From Macrostomum hystrix (taxonomy: Eukaryota; Animalia; Platyhelminthes): DNA of 64,000 nucleotides. Positions 13,507 to 27,520 of this stretch are shown one piece after another; the stretch's first letter is position 1; every line of letters starts with the position of its first letter. The notes beneath the pieces were generated by a model. The model was not told the origin of the DNA, ran no database searches, and worked only from the letters and a program-made list of their open reading frames with translations. A program made the translations under genes and the position numbers. The stretch covers positions 7,192,001-7,256,000 of the forward strand of contig CATNEN010000034.1 of NCBI GenBank assembly GCA_950097015.1. The letters are read 5' to 3'.

Positions 13507-14611
13507 TACGAAAATAAACCTAAAATATGCTCAGAGCCTTAGGACCTGTTGAAGTACAGTTTCTGTAAGAATAAGGACGTTAAACCTTTTAGTCTAAGTA
13601 CTACAATATAATTCAGTGTTAAAAAATACTAAAAAGCTTCGAAACTAGTCAAGTAGACGACTAAGTAAAACAGAAAAAGATAATTAATTGCTTTGGCTTA
13701 ATCGTAGCAAAATCCTTCACGTGGTTGAGCAGCTTCGAAGAATTTCTTCGGTTAAAAAGTTTCGGAGTTGGTTATGACTAAACAAATGGGCACTCTCTTC
13801 ATAAACTTCAGGAAGGCTTAATAATGCTTGGCTTTTTGTAAGCCGATTGTAAATAAAATTGTGCACACAGTTATATCATACGCGGGCATACATTTGCTGA
13901 GGTTTGTATACATCTTCGCCGGCATTCTTGTGTGAGTTTGGGCGTTAGTTGCACAAGAAGCCACCAAGCCTTCTCTTGGCGGCTGACTTAGTAAATTCAT
14001 ACCTTGTCTTGTTATAGGCGCTCCGAATAACAAAATAAGTTCAATCAGCAGAGTTATAAAACGTTTTTGAGTTGAAGGGAAGTAAAAAAATCTTTTTTTT
14101 TATTTAGTGAAGCTTTTGTGCTTAGCTTACAACACGACACGTGTACACAACATTGGCATGCATGCATTAGTTTTTTTCTGAAGACAATTACTTAAAAAGG
14201 TATATTCTTTAACTGCGATTCAATATACTAATATCGGAAACAGCGACTATAATAAAGCCAACGAATTTATCCAATAAAAAGGAATACTCAAATTTAAAGA
14301 GGCAAGAAAGATTTTATGTGGATGTGATGCAGAATGATGTAAAAATTCCTCCGAGTTAACTATTTTTTTGTTGACCAAAATGACTTTCTGGTTACCAAAA
14401 TGCGTTGCCGCTTGGGTCTTGGCTAGTTGTCAAATAGCCAGTAGAATTCAGATACACACTAAATGTATGACTTCAGTTCTTTGGCTATTGCACGAGTGAT
14501 TTTTTACGAAACCTTCAAGTTTAGTGTTTTTGTCAGACCACGGACAGAGACAACGAGGCACAGCTATGTAGCTTTAGATATGCACGAATCTAGGTTCATA
14601 AATTATGTCCA

Positions 14612-17600
14612 TTAGGTGTCGAGATCGCTGAAGAACAGGCAATCTATCTGTTGACATGCCTGCTCAGCTGTGTCAGTCGATCGACCAGTGTGACAGGCGT
14701 CGATGCCAACAGCCGATGTTGACGACGCTGATGATGACTGCGACACCTGCGGCAACAGCTGGTGGTGATGCTGGTGAAGCCGACGACCAAATGTGGTCTT
14801 CACCAGCGAGCTACCAGTCAGCTGATGTGGAAGGCTCGAGGCGGCAGCGCCAGACGGAGCTGGGGGCCAGGACAGGTCTTCATCGGAGCAGCCACGGCCG
14901 CTGTCAGACTGAGTTCCATCGACAGCCGCTGCTGCTGCAGCAGCCGCAGCGTTGACGTTGCACCGGGACGCTTCAGTAGCTGCAGTCGATATCGTAGAGA
15001 CTGTTTTCGACTGCGGGTTAACAGAGTCCTCGCTGATCTGCTGGAGCCAGTAGCCGCTGACAACCGCCTGATGGTGGTTCTGATGTTGGTGATGCTGATT
15101 GCTGAGCGAGTGTTGACCGGAAGCTGCCGTTGCTGGCCGGGGCAGCGGCTTCCGACCGCCTGTGCTGGCCTCCAGGTGCTGGCACTGGTACTGCTGACAT
15201 CGACGGCTGCAGCCGCTGGGCAGAGTCAGTAGCTGCCTCGGACACTGTGTACGTTGTACGTTGGCAAGGTGTTTATTTTAACAAACATATCGTCAAGGCT
15301 AGTTAAAACAATTTGCTGTCTACTTGTTCTCTATTATATGCATGTTATGAGTAAAGAAGGCGGAATTACCTCCAAAGTGCGGTACACGAGCGGATCTGGC
15401 AGTCCAGTGGTCCAAGCTGGGTCAGTCAGCTGAGGACCCGACAGCTCATCAAACTGAGCACCCAGCGTCGAGGTGCCACCCCCGCTCCCGATGCAGCCAC
15501 CACCACTTCCATCGCCACCGTCGTCACCACCAACATCTGACAGCGAGGCCCGAGAAAACTTGCCGCCGGAGTCGCCACGTTGACGCTGCTGCTGACGATT
15601 GCGGCGCTGCCGCCGGCCACGACGCATCCTGGCGAGAATCTGGCGGCTAAGCTGGACGCCGAGATCCCCGCACGGCTGGTTGACGCAGGTGATGGCCACA
15701 ATGAGGGTGACGGCGAGAACGGCAGACACGCCAGCCAGGACAGCGATGATCAGGACGTTTCGTCGGGTGTGAGCCGCCGCTAACTCGGCTTCGTCCGACT
15801 GACTGGCCGAGGGTGCCGCATTGTCCACGTCGATATGCAGAATCTGAAGGCGCAGGTTCAGTGAGACAGTCGGTTTTTCTTAAGACCTGAGGCTCATCAC
15901 ACACACAGTCAGACAACAAACGTGCTTCCGCAAGTGCAGAACAGGTGATGTACTCACAGCAGTGTCGGCCAGGTTGGTACCGGGGTTGCTGGCTCGCACT
16001 AGCAGGCGATGCCTACGAATATCCGCCAGGCTGAGCTCGCGAGCGACTCGCACCTGGCCGCTGCTCGGATCGACGCCGAATCGCGGTGGAAAAGCGTCCG
16101 GCGCGGCCAGAGTGAACTCTACGCGAGCGTTTTCGCCTTCGTCCGGATCTCTAGCGCGCACCAGCAGCACCAGGGAGCCTGGCGGATGCGTGTAGATGCT
16201 GATGCGAGCCGCCGGTGCGCTGGAATTCGGCGCCGGCTGGATGATGCGCGGCGGCGAGTCGTTCTCGTCCAGCACGCGAATTGTCAACTGGGCGTCAAAC
16301 GTCAGCGGCTGGTGCCCTCGGTCTGACAGGCGAACAGTCAGCCGGTGACGGCTGCGCTCTTCGCGGTCCAGAAGGCGCAGCACCGTGATGGTGCCGTCGG
16401 GATCCACGCGGAAGAGCGGCTGGTCCGGCGAAGATTTGCTGGTAAGCTCGTTGGACGATGCCGCCACAATTGAGAATGTCACCTGGGCATTTGCGCCTGT
16501 ACACAAATGGTAATTCACAGCTATTTGGTGATCATCGCATAATTGATTAAGCAACTACTAGAAACTGCTCGACGCATGGCTATCAATGAAAAACAATCTA
16601 TTCTACTCGACTCTTTACTACTGTACTTTTCATGACACGATTGCTGTACAATAACGTCTTCTAGTATTTTCACCATTCGGTGTAGTGTATCATTCAACAT
16701 TAGAATAATGATATTTCACCTATATCAGTCAAGGCTAGGTGTCTTCATTTCTTCGTTAAATCTTCTTCTTCAAACTGTGTACTAACAAGTGAGGTGGTAT
16801 GTTCGTAGCTGACGGAAAATTTCACGAAAATGTCTGGATGAGATCGACGATAAAGTATGCAGTCTAATATTTAATTCGACGTGGCACATAAAGGGGATTT
16901 CTTACCCTCGTCCGCGTCCGTGGCGTTCAGACGACCCAAGACCACGGGCGGCCGAGTGTTCTCTGGCAGTGCGAGCTCGCGCGGCCCTACAAACACTGGC
17001 GCATTGTCATTGACATCTTGGATAACGATTCGGACCACTACCTGAGCAGATCTAGCTGGTTCGCCTGAGTCAGCTGCTTCAACCCGCAGCTGATAAGTTG
17101 TTCGCGTCTCACGGTCTAGAATAACGGCTGCGCGCAGCATTCCACTGACGGCGTCCATGGCGAAGAATCTGGCATCGCCGCCACCGTCATCGACTATGCG
17201 GTACGTGAGCAGAGCATTTTTACCTTCGTCCCGGTCCAGGGCACGAAGTTGGGCCACTTTGCTGCCGGGCGGGCCTCCTTCGGCAACCGAGACCTCGATT
17301 CGGCCCCACCGATCGGCGTCGGGAAACGTCGGACTGTTGTCGTTGCCATCGAGAACGCGCACGGTAATGGTGTGAGTACTGCTCAGACTCGGCCGGCCGC
17401 GATCCGCGCAGGCCAGGCGGGTCAGTGCAGCTGGCTGCAGCTCTCGGTCAAAGCTGCGCACCGTTACAACACTAAAGACGTTGGCGACGCCCAAGTCGCT
17501 GGGCACCAGTCGGAGGCCGCTACGGTCTGGATCGTCAGCAGGCGAGCAGTGAACCTGGCCGCCAGGCCCGGTGTCCCGATCGGTGGATCGCACGCTCCCG

Positions 17601-20595
17601 ACCATCTGGCCTGGCGGTGCGCCCTCCTCCACCTGCATCGGGCCGGTCTCAGCGAACTCTGGCCGATTGTCGTTGGCGTCCAGCACGCGCACATGCACCG
17701 TGGCCTTGTCGTCAAAGCGGCCATCGTCGACTCGCACCAGGAACTGGTGCTCCGCCTGTGCCTCGTAATCCAGCGGCTGGCGAATCACAACGCTGCCGTC
17801 CTGCAGGACGCCGAAATGTCGACGAGATTCCTCCGGTGAGGCGGCATCGATGGAGTAGCTCAGCTTGTGATGAAGGTCCGCATCTTCGGCTACAAGCTGC
17901 GAAAGTTGGTTCAGTTAGTTTAGTAAACTTTGGTTGAATTCCACTTACTATGAACTGAATTAGAAATGATTCATTTCTGACCCTGCAACAGTAAAATAAT
18001 TACTAGGCATTGAGAAGGCTTGCCTCTCAAACCGTGCTCACGCACGCGTGTTTGGAAGTAGTCAGCGAGACCGAGAGACTGTCAGGAAATTGAACTTGCC
18101 AACCAGGGCAACAAGTGCCAGTTCCTGAGCAAGCAGACTCCACAATGCTCACAGATCAGTCACTGCTTCTTAGCATCAGGTAGGGAATATAGTTTTTGTG
18201 GCACGAGTATTCACTGTCTGTCACAACAGATTCAGCATTTTTTCTATTAGCCAAAAGTGCAGCTGCACAGCGGTGATTGACACTTAGGACAAAGCAGGCA
18301 AAAATTTTATTCAATTCGACTTATAAAACCGTCCGAGTAGACTGAAATTCTGCCAGCTGCGAGTGTATATAGCATTATACAGGTTTTTAATCACGAATGC
18401 ATGACTATAGTGGCTGCTATTTTAGGCCCCGTTCGTTGATCGAGTGACGGAGGTTGTATCGCAAAAATATTCCAGATAAATAAAGACCCATTGTATCCAA
18501 GCAGAGTTGCTGCATTCAATGATACTGCAACATTTGTGTGTGCATTTGTGTTTGTGTGTGTGATCTTGGCTAAATAACGCAGTCCTTTTAGGCACTCTTG
18601 ACTTTTTTATTTCGCTTTTCTGTTAGCTAGCCATCCCATTCTCTCTACATATGTAGAATGTGTATCTTCTCCACATCTCCCTTTGTCTCTCTCTCCCTCT
18701 CTCTCAGCGTCTCGCGGGACATTGGTCGCCACTAGCTGAGGATGGGCCCAGGCAGACCTGCTGCTGCTGATGCCGCTGATGTTGTATTTTTAAGACCCAG
18801 TTGCTCCGCTGTTTGATGGATGGCTGCACTGGCGCCCCTTGGCCCCGACAACCGTCCCTCTTTGTGTCTCCGTCCCCAGCTTAAACTCGCCCTTCGCCCA
18901 GTGGTCCGCTGGGAGCCCTGCCCGACACGGAGACGGCGGCATATTGGCCCAGCAGCTCAGCGGCTGCACCGCCGCTGCTAATGCTGTGAGCCGAAAGATG
19001 AAATATGAGTCTGAGCTTGGTGGCTCCGGGTTGGGGATCTGGGAAGGGGTAGAAACAGACACCACCCTTCCGCTTCTTTTCCCAGAGAAATAAAAAAGCT
19101 GCTTTTTATCATTTACGGGATGTGAAGGGGCCAAGCCAATTCTAAATTTCAAATTTGATTTGCCAAATTGGAAACGCGGCTGGCAGATCTGCTAATTTTC
19201 GGGAGTGCGGACTGCTAGTATGACTCCAAGCATCGCTCATCTTCGTTCATACTTTAATGCTTTTTGGTATTCTTCTGCCACTCAAAGTATCTTTTTTCCA
19301 TCGCTGGCACTGCCGAGAGATTAAGCAATCATATATTTGTTTACGGACAAAATTTTTATTAATTTAGGAAAGTATATAAATAAGAGCGACTAAATTGAAC
19401 TAATTCCTTTAGGAATCTGGTACCAGCTTTTCAGTTTCGTATTGCAACAGCCGATCAATGTGACTAATAAAAGTACAAAGAAGTCAATCCTTTGTTCGGG
19501 ATTATTCTGTGTACCAGTTTCCTCGTTGAGCATTTTCTTTAGGAATCCCGCTCTCATCCTCCATGAAATCTCTAATATCCATCACAGACCACTGTTCATC
19601 CAACAAAGGTAGCGAGTAGCTCATTGGTTAGAGCTTCGGACTGCCCTTGTGCTTCAGTCCACCCACCTGCTATTCTGATTATTTCCCCAGATGCTCACCT
19701 TGACCACAATGTAGTCCACAGGCTGATCTTCGTTGACAGACACTGCCGAATGTCGAGCCCGAAAGATCGGACTATTGTCGTTGACATCCTGCACGGTGAT
19801 TCGGACGTGGGTTCGACCCTCGCGTCCGCGGCCATCCCTAGCCAGCAGGTCGAACTGGTAGAACTGGCGCCTCTCGGCGTCCAATCCGCGCAACAGGAAC
19901 AGAAACGGCGCCCCGAAGTCATCGATCTTGAGCTCGAATGTCTCACTTGTCTCCGGGCTCATGCTCTCGGGTGCCACGGCGTAAGCGACTCGACTGAACT
20001 CGGCCGAGTAGTCGGCGTCCTCGGCCACCGGCAGGTCGATGCGTCGATTCGGGCACGCCTGCGGGATGACGATGCACACGGATTCGTCACGACGAATGTC
20101 CACAGCTTCGGTGGGAAAACGCGGAGCGTGATCGTTGACGTCGGTGATGTTCAGCAGGAAGGACAGTCGGACGGTTGGCGAAGTAGACGTGGCTAAGTCG
20201 TCAGGAGTCGCTGCTGGGGCGTCGCGTCTAACGGCGACAACAAATCGATGCTGGCCGAGCCCGGCGCCGCGTGGGCAGCGCGTGGCAGTCGCTCGCTGCT
20301 GCTGGCGGCACATGGCCTCCAGATCGACGCGGGCCACCAGGCGGATGTCGCCGCTAGTGGCGTGAACATCAACAAAAGGGTCGCGACTGTCCATCGCGTA
20401 GCGAAGGCTGCCGCTGCCGCCACCGCCGCCGCTGAAGCTGTCGCCAAGGTAGTCGGCAGCGTTACACAATGTATGCGGCGGCTCCGTCTCCTCTGGCACG
20501 GTCAGCGCGTAGACGGAGGGTTCAATGCCGGCAACGGCAAGACCAAGCGATAGCAGCAATGTGACATGGAGCACAAACGGAAGAGGCTCCATCAC
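14612..20595 (-). CDS. Protocadherin (delta-like, 7 EC repeats); exons 20595-19699, 17896-16906, 16496-15958, 15843-15370, 15244-14612
   Basis: Signal peptide, repeated DxNDN/DRE/DxD calcium motifs, TM NVLIIAVLAGVSAVLAVTLIVAI, cytoplasmic SDSGRGCSDE motif; phase-consistent splice sites. Confidence 0.92.
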
Positions 20596-20704
20596 ATTGG
20601 CCTGCGATCAGGGTTTGGGTTGGGTGTTTTTCCCAGCATATCATGTACTGTGGTACGCGAAAAGGCTAAGTTAGTAGACTAGGAGAGCGCGTCTTTTGAA
20701 AGAG

Positions 20705-21400
20705 GGAGTGAGGTGGCTGGGTTAATTTTGGTCTTGTGGGAGAGGGAGTGAGGTGGCTGGGTTAATTGGGGGTCATTTGGGAGAGGGTGTGAGGTGGCTG
20801 GGTTAGTTTTGGTCTTGTGGGAGAGGGAGTGAGGTGGCTGGGTTAATTGGGGTCTTGTGGGAGAGGGAGTGAAGTGGCTGGGTTGACTTGACTTGACTTA
20901 GCGGCAGGGAGCCTCCATGACGGACGCAGCGAGGAGGCGGCCGGTGCCGCCCATATCGCTAACCCCTGGCAGCCGGACGGCCTCCAGCGAGGCGGTGCCG
21001 CTCAGGGTGTTCCGTCGGTCGGTTCCGCCGCGCGATCCCCCTCGCCATAGGCTGGGAAGAAATCAGCTCGGCCGGTATCCCGAAGGAAGTGGGCGAGCTG
21101 TGGAATGCTCTCGGGCGAGCAGGCTTCGACTAGGGTCGGCGCCGGCCCGAGAGGTGGCAGGGTTAATTGGGGTCTTTTGGGAGAGGGAGTGAGGTGGCTG
21201 GGTTAATTGGGGTCTTGTGGGAGAGGGAGTGAGGTGGCTGGGTTAATTGGGTGTCTTTTGGGAGAGGGAGTGAGGTGGCTGGGTTAATTGGGGTCTTGTG
21301 GGAGAGGGAGTGAGGTGGCTGGGTTAATTGGGTGTCTTTTGGGAGAGGGAGTGAGGTGGCTGGGTAATTTTGGTCTTGTGGGAGAGGGAATGAGGTGGCA
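20705..21400. repeat. ~41-bp minisatellite (GGGAGAGGGAGTGAGGTGGCTGGGTTAATTGGGGTCTTGT)n, interrupted by a LINE fragment
   Basis: Direct. Confidence 0.9.
20884..21150 (-). mobile_element. Short 3' fragment of a LINE related to the 29.7-33.3 kb element
   Basis: Minus strand reads LGPAPTLVEACSPESIPQLAHFLRDTGRADFFP, versus LGPNPSMDEICQPDSIPRLVQFLRATRRATFFP in the long copy; similar 3' UTR and (AAGTC)n tail. Confidence 0.85.
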
Positions 21401-23142
21401 AGGTGAATATGGTCCATCGGAGAGAGTGTGAGTTGTATGAATGGGTTCGCTACCCTATTAGAGGCAGTGAGGTGGCTTGTGCACTGCAGTTTTGCCGAGA
21501 GACTTAGTGAAGTGTCTATTAAAGTACATCTAGACGAGACTTAGGTAGTGAGCCTTTTGAGTCGGTGAGAATAAATCTGACAGCCAGATCGAGCAATAAA
21601 CCATGCCGATAAAGCGAGGGTCGCGGATATGCTTGCGAATGCCTGAATTCGGAAGACAAATCTATGTAAGAACTCTTGGAATGAAAATAAAAGTGAATTC
21701 ACATAGAAAGCGCCCTGGTAGCCGTGGCTATTGAAACATCCGCGGTGATCGAGTGGGGCTGCAGGGTCACACTCGGGGGATCTCACAGCTCTTTCCTACC
21801 GGTCTGATGCTATGGGATTTGAGGCAATCGGGGGGAGTCGGTGGGATCTGCGTGATGGGCCGGGCTGTGTCGCAGGATCTTTCCCTCCCAGCTCAATGGG
21901 ATCCGGACCGAGGGGAAAATGCCCATGGAATTAGAACTCGGGTGTTTTGGGTGTAAGAAGATGAGGAAGATTTTGGGATCATGGGCTACCATGGGGTTAG
22001 GGATTCTTGTATTTCTGGGCTATCCGGGTTTAGGGCTGACGTTTGATTTATCCCCATAGTTATAGTCGCCGCGCAGATCCCAAATGGAAGTCACTGGGCA
22101 TGCCAGAGCACTAATTAGGGGATTAGACAGCCACGGAGCCAGCAACTGTGAGAGCTGTGGCAGGTGGCGTTCCTACTATTATTTGGGGATCTCTTTGCAA
22201 ATCTATGGGAATCGCTGTTTAGAAAATTGGGACTTAAACTGCTCCGAGTAACTCTATTGGATTGGACGCGGGCGAGAAATGATAATTTAGGAGCTTGTTA
22301 CTATTGCAAAAACTCAATCTAACCTGACTATTGGTTGCTATGCTTATTGATTTATTCAGGGACTAATTGTAGCTACATGCCACAGACACATTGAAAAGAT
22401 CAGAACAGAGTCTACACAAATTAAATTTGATTTTCTCCTCATAGGGAAAAAAACTCACCTGGTTGCAGACAAAATGCAAAAAATGGTGTTGCCTTCTGCT
22501 CAGTTCAATGGGCAAAAAATCGGCAGAGCAAGTCTTGAAGTCTATTGAAAACTGTCTCTACTAAAAAATCCCAAAAGTGGTTTAACTCGCAGACGCCTGA
22601 GAGATATTCCTGTTCTTTAGCGAGGATTCAGCAAGTTTGTCATTGGACCACAGGTGCCAGCCAATCACAGAAGAGCTAGCCTTTTTTGTTGAAAATGGAT
22701 AATTTTGAAGTACCGCCAAGTCTTAGTTCGAGCAGGGGAAATGGATTCTAAAATAATGCAAATGGAAAAACAGCCAGATAGAGAAGTTGGACTCTGAAGA
22801 GAAACTAGGATGCGAACAAGTTCAGTCAAGGTGAAAATGACATGACTGACTGAAATAGGAGACAGATATAGAGAGGCCTGTGGCTCTACACGGCGACACA
22901 CTGGCTGGGTGCGGCCCAGAAAACGGAGCGGAGATACACGCCTACTGGGCTGTCTTAGGGGGGACATCATTGTGGCGACTCGCGTGCCACAGTAACAGCA
23001 GCAAAGATATGGGACACTGGGCTAATAGAATAGTAACTCTTTTATGGAGTGTATTTTACTGTACTTTTACATTGCTGTTCGCAAAAAAATATGTTGGGGG
23101 ATTCAAATAAGTATCGATTATTATTATGGCTGAATCCGTATT

Positions 23143-26100
23143 TAAGGGGAATGGGGATCTGTCTCTAAGGGGAATGGGGATCTGTCTCTAAGGGGAATGG
23201 GGATCTGTCTCTAAGGGGAATGGGGATCTGTCTCTAAGGGGAATGGGGATCTGTCTCTAAGGGGAATGGGGATCTGTCTCTAAGGGGAATGGGGATCTGT
23301 CTCTAAGGGGAATGGGGATCTGTCTCTAAGGGGAATGGGGATCTGTCTCTAAGGGGAATGGGGATCTGTCTCTAAGGGGAATGGGGATCTGTCTCTAAGG
23401 GGAATGGGGATCTGTCTCTAAGGGGAATGGGGATCTGTCTCTAAGGGGAATGGGGATCTGTCTCTAAGGGGAATGGGGATCTGTCTTTAAGGGGAATGGG
23501 GATCTGTCTCTAAGGGGAATGGGGATCTGTCTCTAAGGGGAATGGGGATCTGTCTCTAAGGGGAATGGGGATCTGTATTTAAGGGGAATGGGGATCTGTC
23601 TCTAAGGGGAATGGGGATCTGTCTCTAAGGGGAATGGGGATCTGTCTCTAAGGGGAATGGGGATCTGTCTCTAAGGGGAATGGGGATCTGTCTCTAAGGG
23701 GAATGGGGATCTGTATTTAAGGGGAATGGGGATCTGTCTCTAAGGGGAATAGGGATCTGTCTCTAAGGGGAATGGGGATCTGTCTCTAAGGGGAATGGGG
23801 ATCTTTCTCTAAGGGGAATGGGTATCTGTCTTTAAGGGGAATGGGGATCTGTCTCTAAGGGGAATAGGGATCTGTCTCTAAGGGGAATGGGGATCTGTCT
23901 CTAAGGGGAATGGGGATCTGTCTCTAAGGGGAATGGGGATCTGTCTCTAAGGGGAATGGGGATCTGTCTCTAAGGGGAATGGGGATCTGTCTCTAAGGGG
24001 AATGGGGATCTGTCTCTAAGGGGAATGGGGATCTGTCTTTAAGGGGAATGGGGATCTGTCTTTAAGGGGAATGGGGATCTGTCTCTAAGGGGAATGGGGA
24101 TCTGTCTCTAAGGGGAATGGGGATCTTTCTCTAAGGGGAATGGGGATCTGTCTCTAAGGGGAATGGGGATCTGTCTCTAAGGGGAATGGGGATCTGTCTC
24201 TAAGGGGAATGGGGATCTTTCTCTAAGGGGAATGGGGATCTGTCTCTAAGGGGAATGGGGATCTGTCTTTAAGGGGAATGGGGATCTGTCTTTAAGGGGA
24301 ATGGGGATCTGTCTTTAAGGGGAATGGGGATCTGTCTTTAAGGGGAATGGGGATCTGTCTTTAAGGGGAATGGGGATCTGTCTTTAAGGGGAATGGGGAT
24401 CTGTCTTTTTATGGGGAATGTGGATCTGTTTTTAAGGGGAATGGGGATCTGTCTCTAAGGGGAATGGGGATCTGTCTCTAAGGGGAATAGGGATCTGTCT
24501 CTAAGGGGAATGGGGATCTGTCTCTAAGGGGAATGGGTATCTGTCTCTAAGGGGAATGGGGATCTGTCTCTAAGGGGAATGGGGATCTGTCTCTAAGGGG
24601 AATGGGGATCTGTCTCTAAGGGGAATGGGTATCTGTCTTTAAGGGGAATGGGGATCTGTCTCTAAGGGGAATGGGGATCTTTCTCTAAGGGGAATGGGGA
24701 TCTGTATTTAAGGGGAATGGGGATCTGTCTCTAAGGGGAATGGGGATCTGTCTCTAAGGGGAATGGGGATCTGTCTCTAAGGGGAATGGGGATCTGTCTC
24801 TAAGGGGAATGGGGATCTGTCTCTAAGGGGAATGGGGATCTGTCTCTAAGGGGAATGGGGATCTGTCTCTAAGGGGAATGGGGATCTGTCTCTAAGGGGA
24901 ATGGGGATCTGTCTCTAAGGGGAATGGGGATCTGTCTCTAAGGGGAATGGGGATCTGTCTCTAAGGGGAATAGGGATCTGTCTCTAAGGGGAATGGGTAT
25001 CTGTCTTTAAGGGGAATGGGGATCTGTCTCTAAGGGGAATGGGGATCTGTCTCTAAGGGGAATGGGGATCTGTCTTTAAGGGGAATGGGGATCTGTCTCT
25101 AAGGGGAATGGGGATCTGTCTCTAAGGGGAATAGGGATCTGTCTTTAAGGGGAATGGGGATCTGTCTCTAAGGGGAATGGGGATCTTTCTCTAAGGGGAA
25201 TGGGGATCTGTATTTAAGGGGAATGGGGATCTGTCTCTAAGGGGAATGGGGATCTGTCTCTAAGGGGAATGGGGATCTGTCTCTAAGGGGAATGGGGATC
25301 TGTCTCTAAGGGGAATGGGGATCTGTCTTTAAGGGGAATGGGGATCTGTATTTAAGGGGAATGGGGATCTGTCTCTAAGGGGAATGGGGATCTGTCTCTA
25401 AGGGGAATGGGGATCTGTCTTTAAGGGGAATGGGGATCTTTCTCTAAGGGGAATGGGGATCTTTCTTTAAGGGGAATGGGGATCTGTCTTTAAGGGGAAT
25501 GGGGATCTGTCTCTAAGGGGAATGGGGATCTGTCTTTAAGGGGAATGGGGATCTTTCTCTAAGGGGAATGGGGATCTTTCTCTAAGGGGAATGGGGATCT
25601 GTCTCTAAGGGGAATGGGGATCTGTCTCTAAGGGGAATGGGGATCTGTCTCTAAGGGGAATGGGGATCTGTCTCTAAGGGGAATGGGGATCTGTCTCTAA
25701 GGGGAATGGGGATCTGTCTCTAAGGGGAATAGGGATCTGTCTCTAAGGGGAATGGGTATCTGTCTTTAAGGGGAATGGGGATCTGTCTCTAAGGGGAATG
25801 GGGATCTGTCTCTAAGGGGAATGGGGATCTGTCTTTAAGGGGAATGGGGATCTGTCTCTAAGGGGAATGGGGATCTGTCTCTAAGGGGAATAGGGATCTG
25901 TCTTTAAGGGGAATGGGGATCTGTCTCTAAGGGGAATGGGGATCTTTCTCTAAGGGGAATGGGGATCTGTATTTAAGGGGAATGGGGATCTGTCTCTAAG
26001 GGGAATGGGGATCTGTCTCTAAGGGGAATGGGGATCTGTCTCTAAGGGGAATGGGGATCTGTCTCTAAGGGGAATGGGGATCTGTCTTTAAGGGGAATGG

Positions 26101-27520
26101 GGATCTGTATTTAAGGGGAATGGGGATCTGTCTCTAAGGGGAATGGGGATCTGTCTCTAAGGGGAATGGGGATCTGTCTCTAAGGGGAATGGGGATCTGT
26201 CTCTAAGGGGAATGGGGATCTTTCTCTAAGGGGAATGGGGATCTGTCTTTAAGGGAATGGGGATCTGTCTTTAAGGGGAATGGGGATCTTTCTCTAAGGG
26301 GAATGGGGATCTGTCTTTAAGGGAATGGGGATCTGTCTTTAAGGGGAATGGGGATCTGTCTCTAAGGGGAATGGGGATCTGTCTCTAAGGGGAATGAGGA
26401 TCTGTCTCTAAGGGGAATGGGGATCTGTCTTTAAGGGGAATGGGGATCTGTCTCTAAGGGGAATGAGGATCTGTCTCTAAGGGGAATGGGGATCTGTCTC
26501 TAAGGGGAATGAGGATCTGTCTCTAAGGGGAATGGGGATCTGTCTCTAAGGGGAATGGGGATCTGTCTCTAAGGGGAATGGGGATCTGTCTTTAAGGGGA
26601 ATGGGGATCTGTCTCTAAGGGGAATGGGGATCTGTCTCTAAGGGGAATGGGGATCTGTCTTTAAGGGGAATGGGGATCTGTATTTAAGGGGAATGGGGAT
26701 CTGTCTCTAAGGGGAATGGGGATCTGTCTTTAAGGGGAATGGGGATCTGTCTCTAAGGGGAATGGGGATCTGTCTTTAAGGGGAATGGGGATCTGTCTCT
26801 AAGGGGAATGGGGATCTGTCTTTAAGGGGAATGGGGATCTGTCTCTAAGGGGAATGGGGATCTGTCTTTAAGGGGAATGGGGATCTGTCTTTAAGGGGAA
26901 TGGGGATCTGTCTTTAAGGGGAATGGGGATCTGTCTTTTTATGGGGAATGTGGATCTGTTTTTAAGGGGAATGGGGATCTGTCTTTAAGGGGAATGGGGA
27001 TCTGTTTTTAAGGGGAATGGGGATCTGTCTTTAAGGGGAATGGGGATCTGTCTCTAAGGGGAATGAGGATCTGTCTCTAAGGGGAATGGGGATCTGTCTT
27101 TAAGGGGAATGGGGATCTGTCTCTAAGGGGAATGAGGATCTGTCTCTAAGGGGAATGGGGATCTGTCTCTAAGGGGAATGAGGATCTGTCTCTAAGGGGA
27201 ATGGGGATCTGTCTCTAAGGGGAATGGGGATCTGTCTCTAAGGGGAATGGGGATCTGTCTTTAAGGGGAATGGGGATCTGTCTTTAAGGGGAATGGGGAT
27301 CTGTCTTTAAGGGGAATGGGGATCTGTCTTTTTATGGGGAATGTGGATCTGTTTTTAAGGGGAATGGGGATCTGTCTTTAAGGGGAATGGGGATCTGTTT
27401 TTAAGGGGAATGGGGATCTGTATTTTTTTGGGGAATGTGGATCTGTCTTTAAGGGGAATGGGGATCTGTCTCTAAGGGAAATGGGGATCTGTCTTTAAGG
27501 GAATTTGGGTCTGTCTCTAA
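23143..27520. repeat. 23-bp satellite (AAGGGGAATGGGGATCTGTCTCT)n, ~190 units
   Basis: Direct; about 4.4 kb with recurring variant units. Confidence 0.98.
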
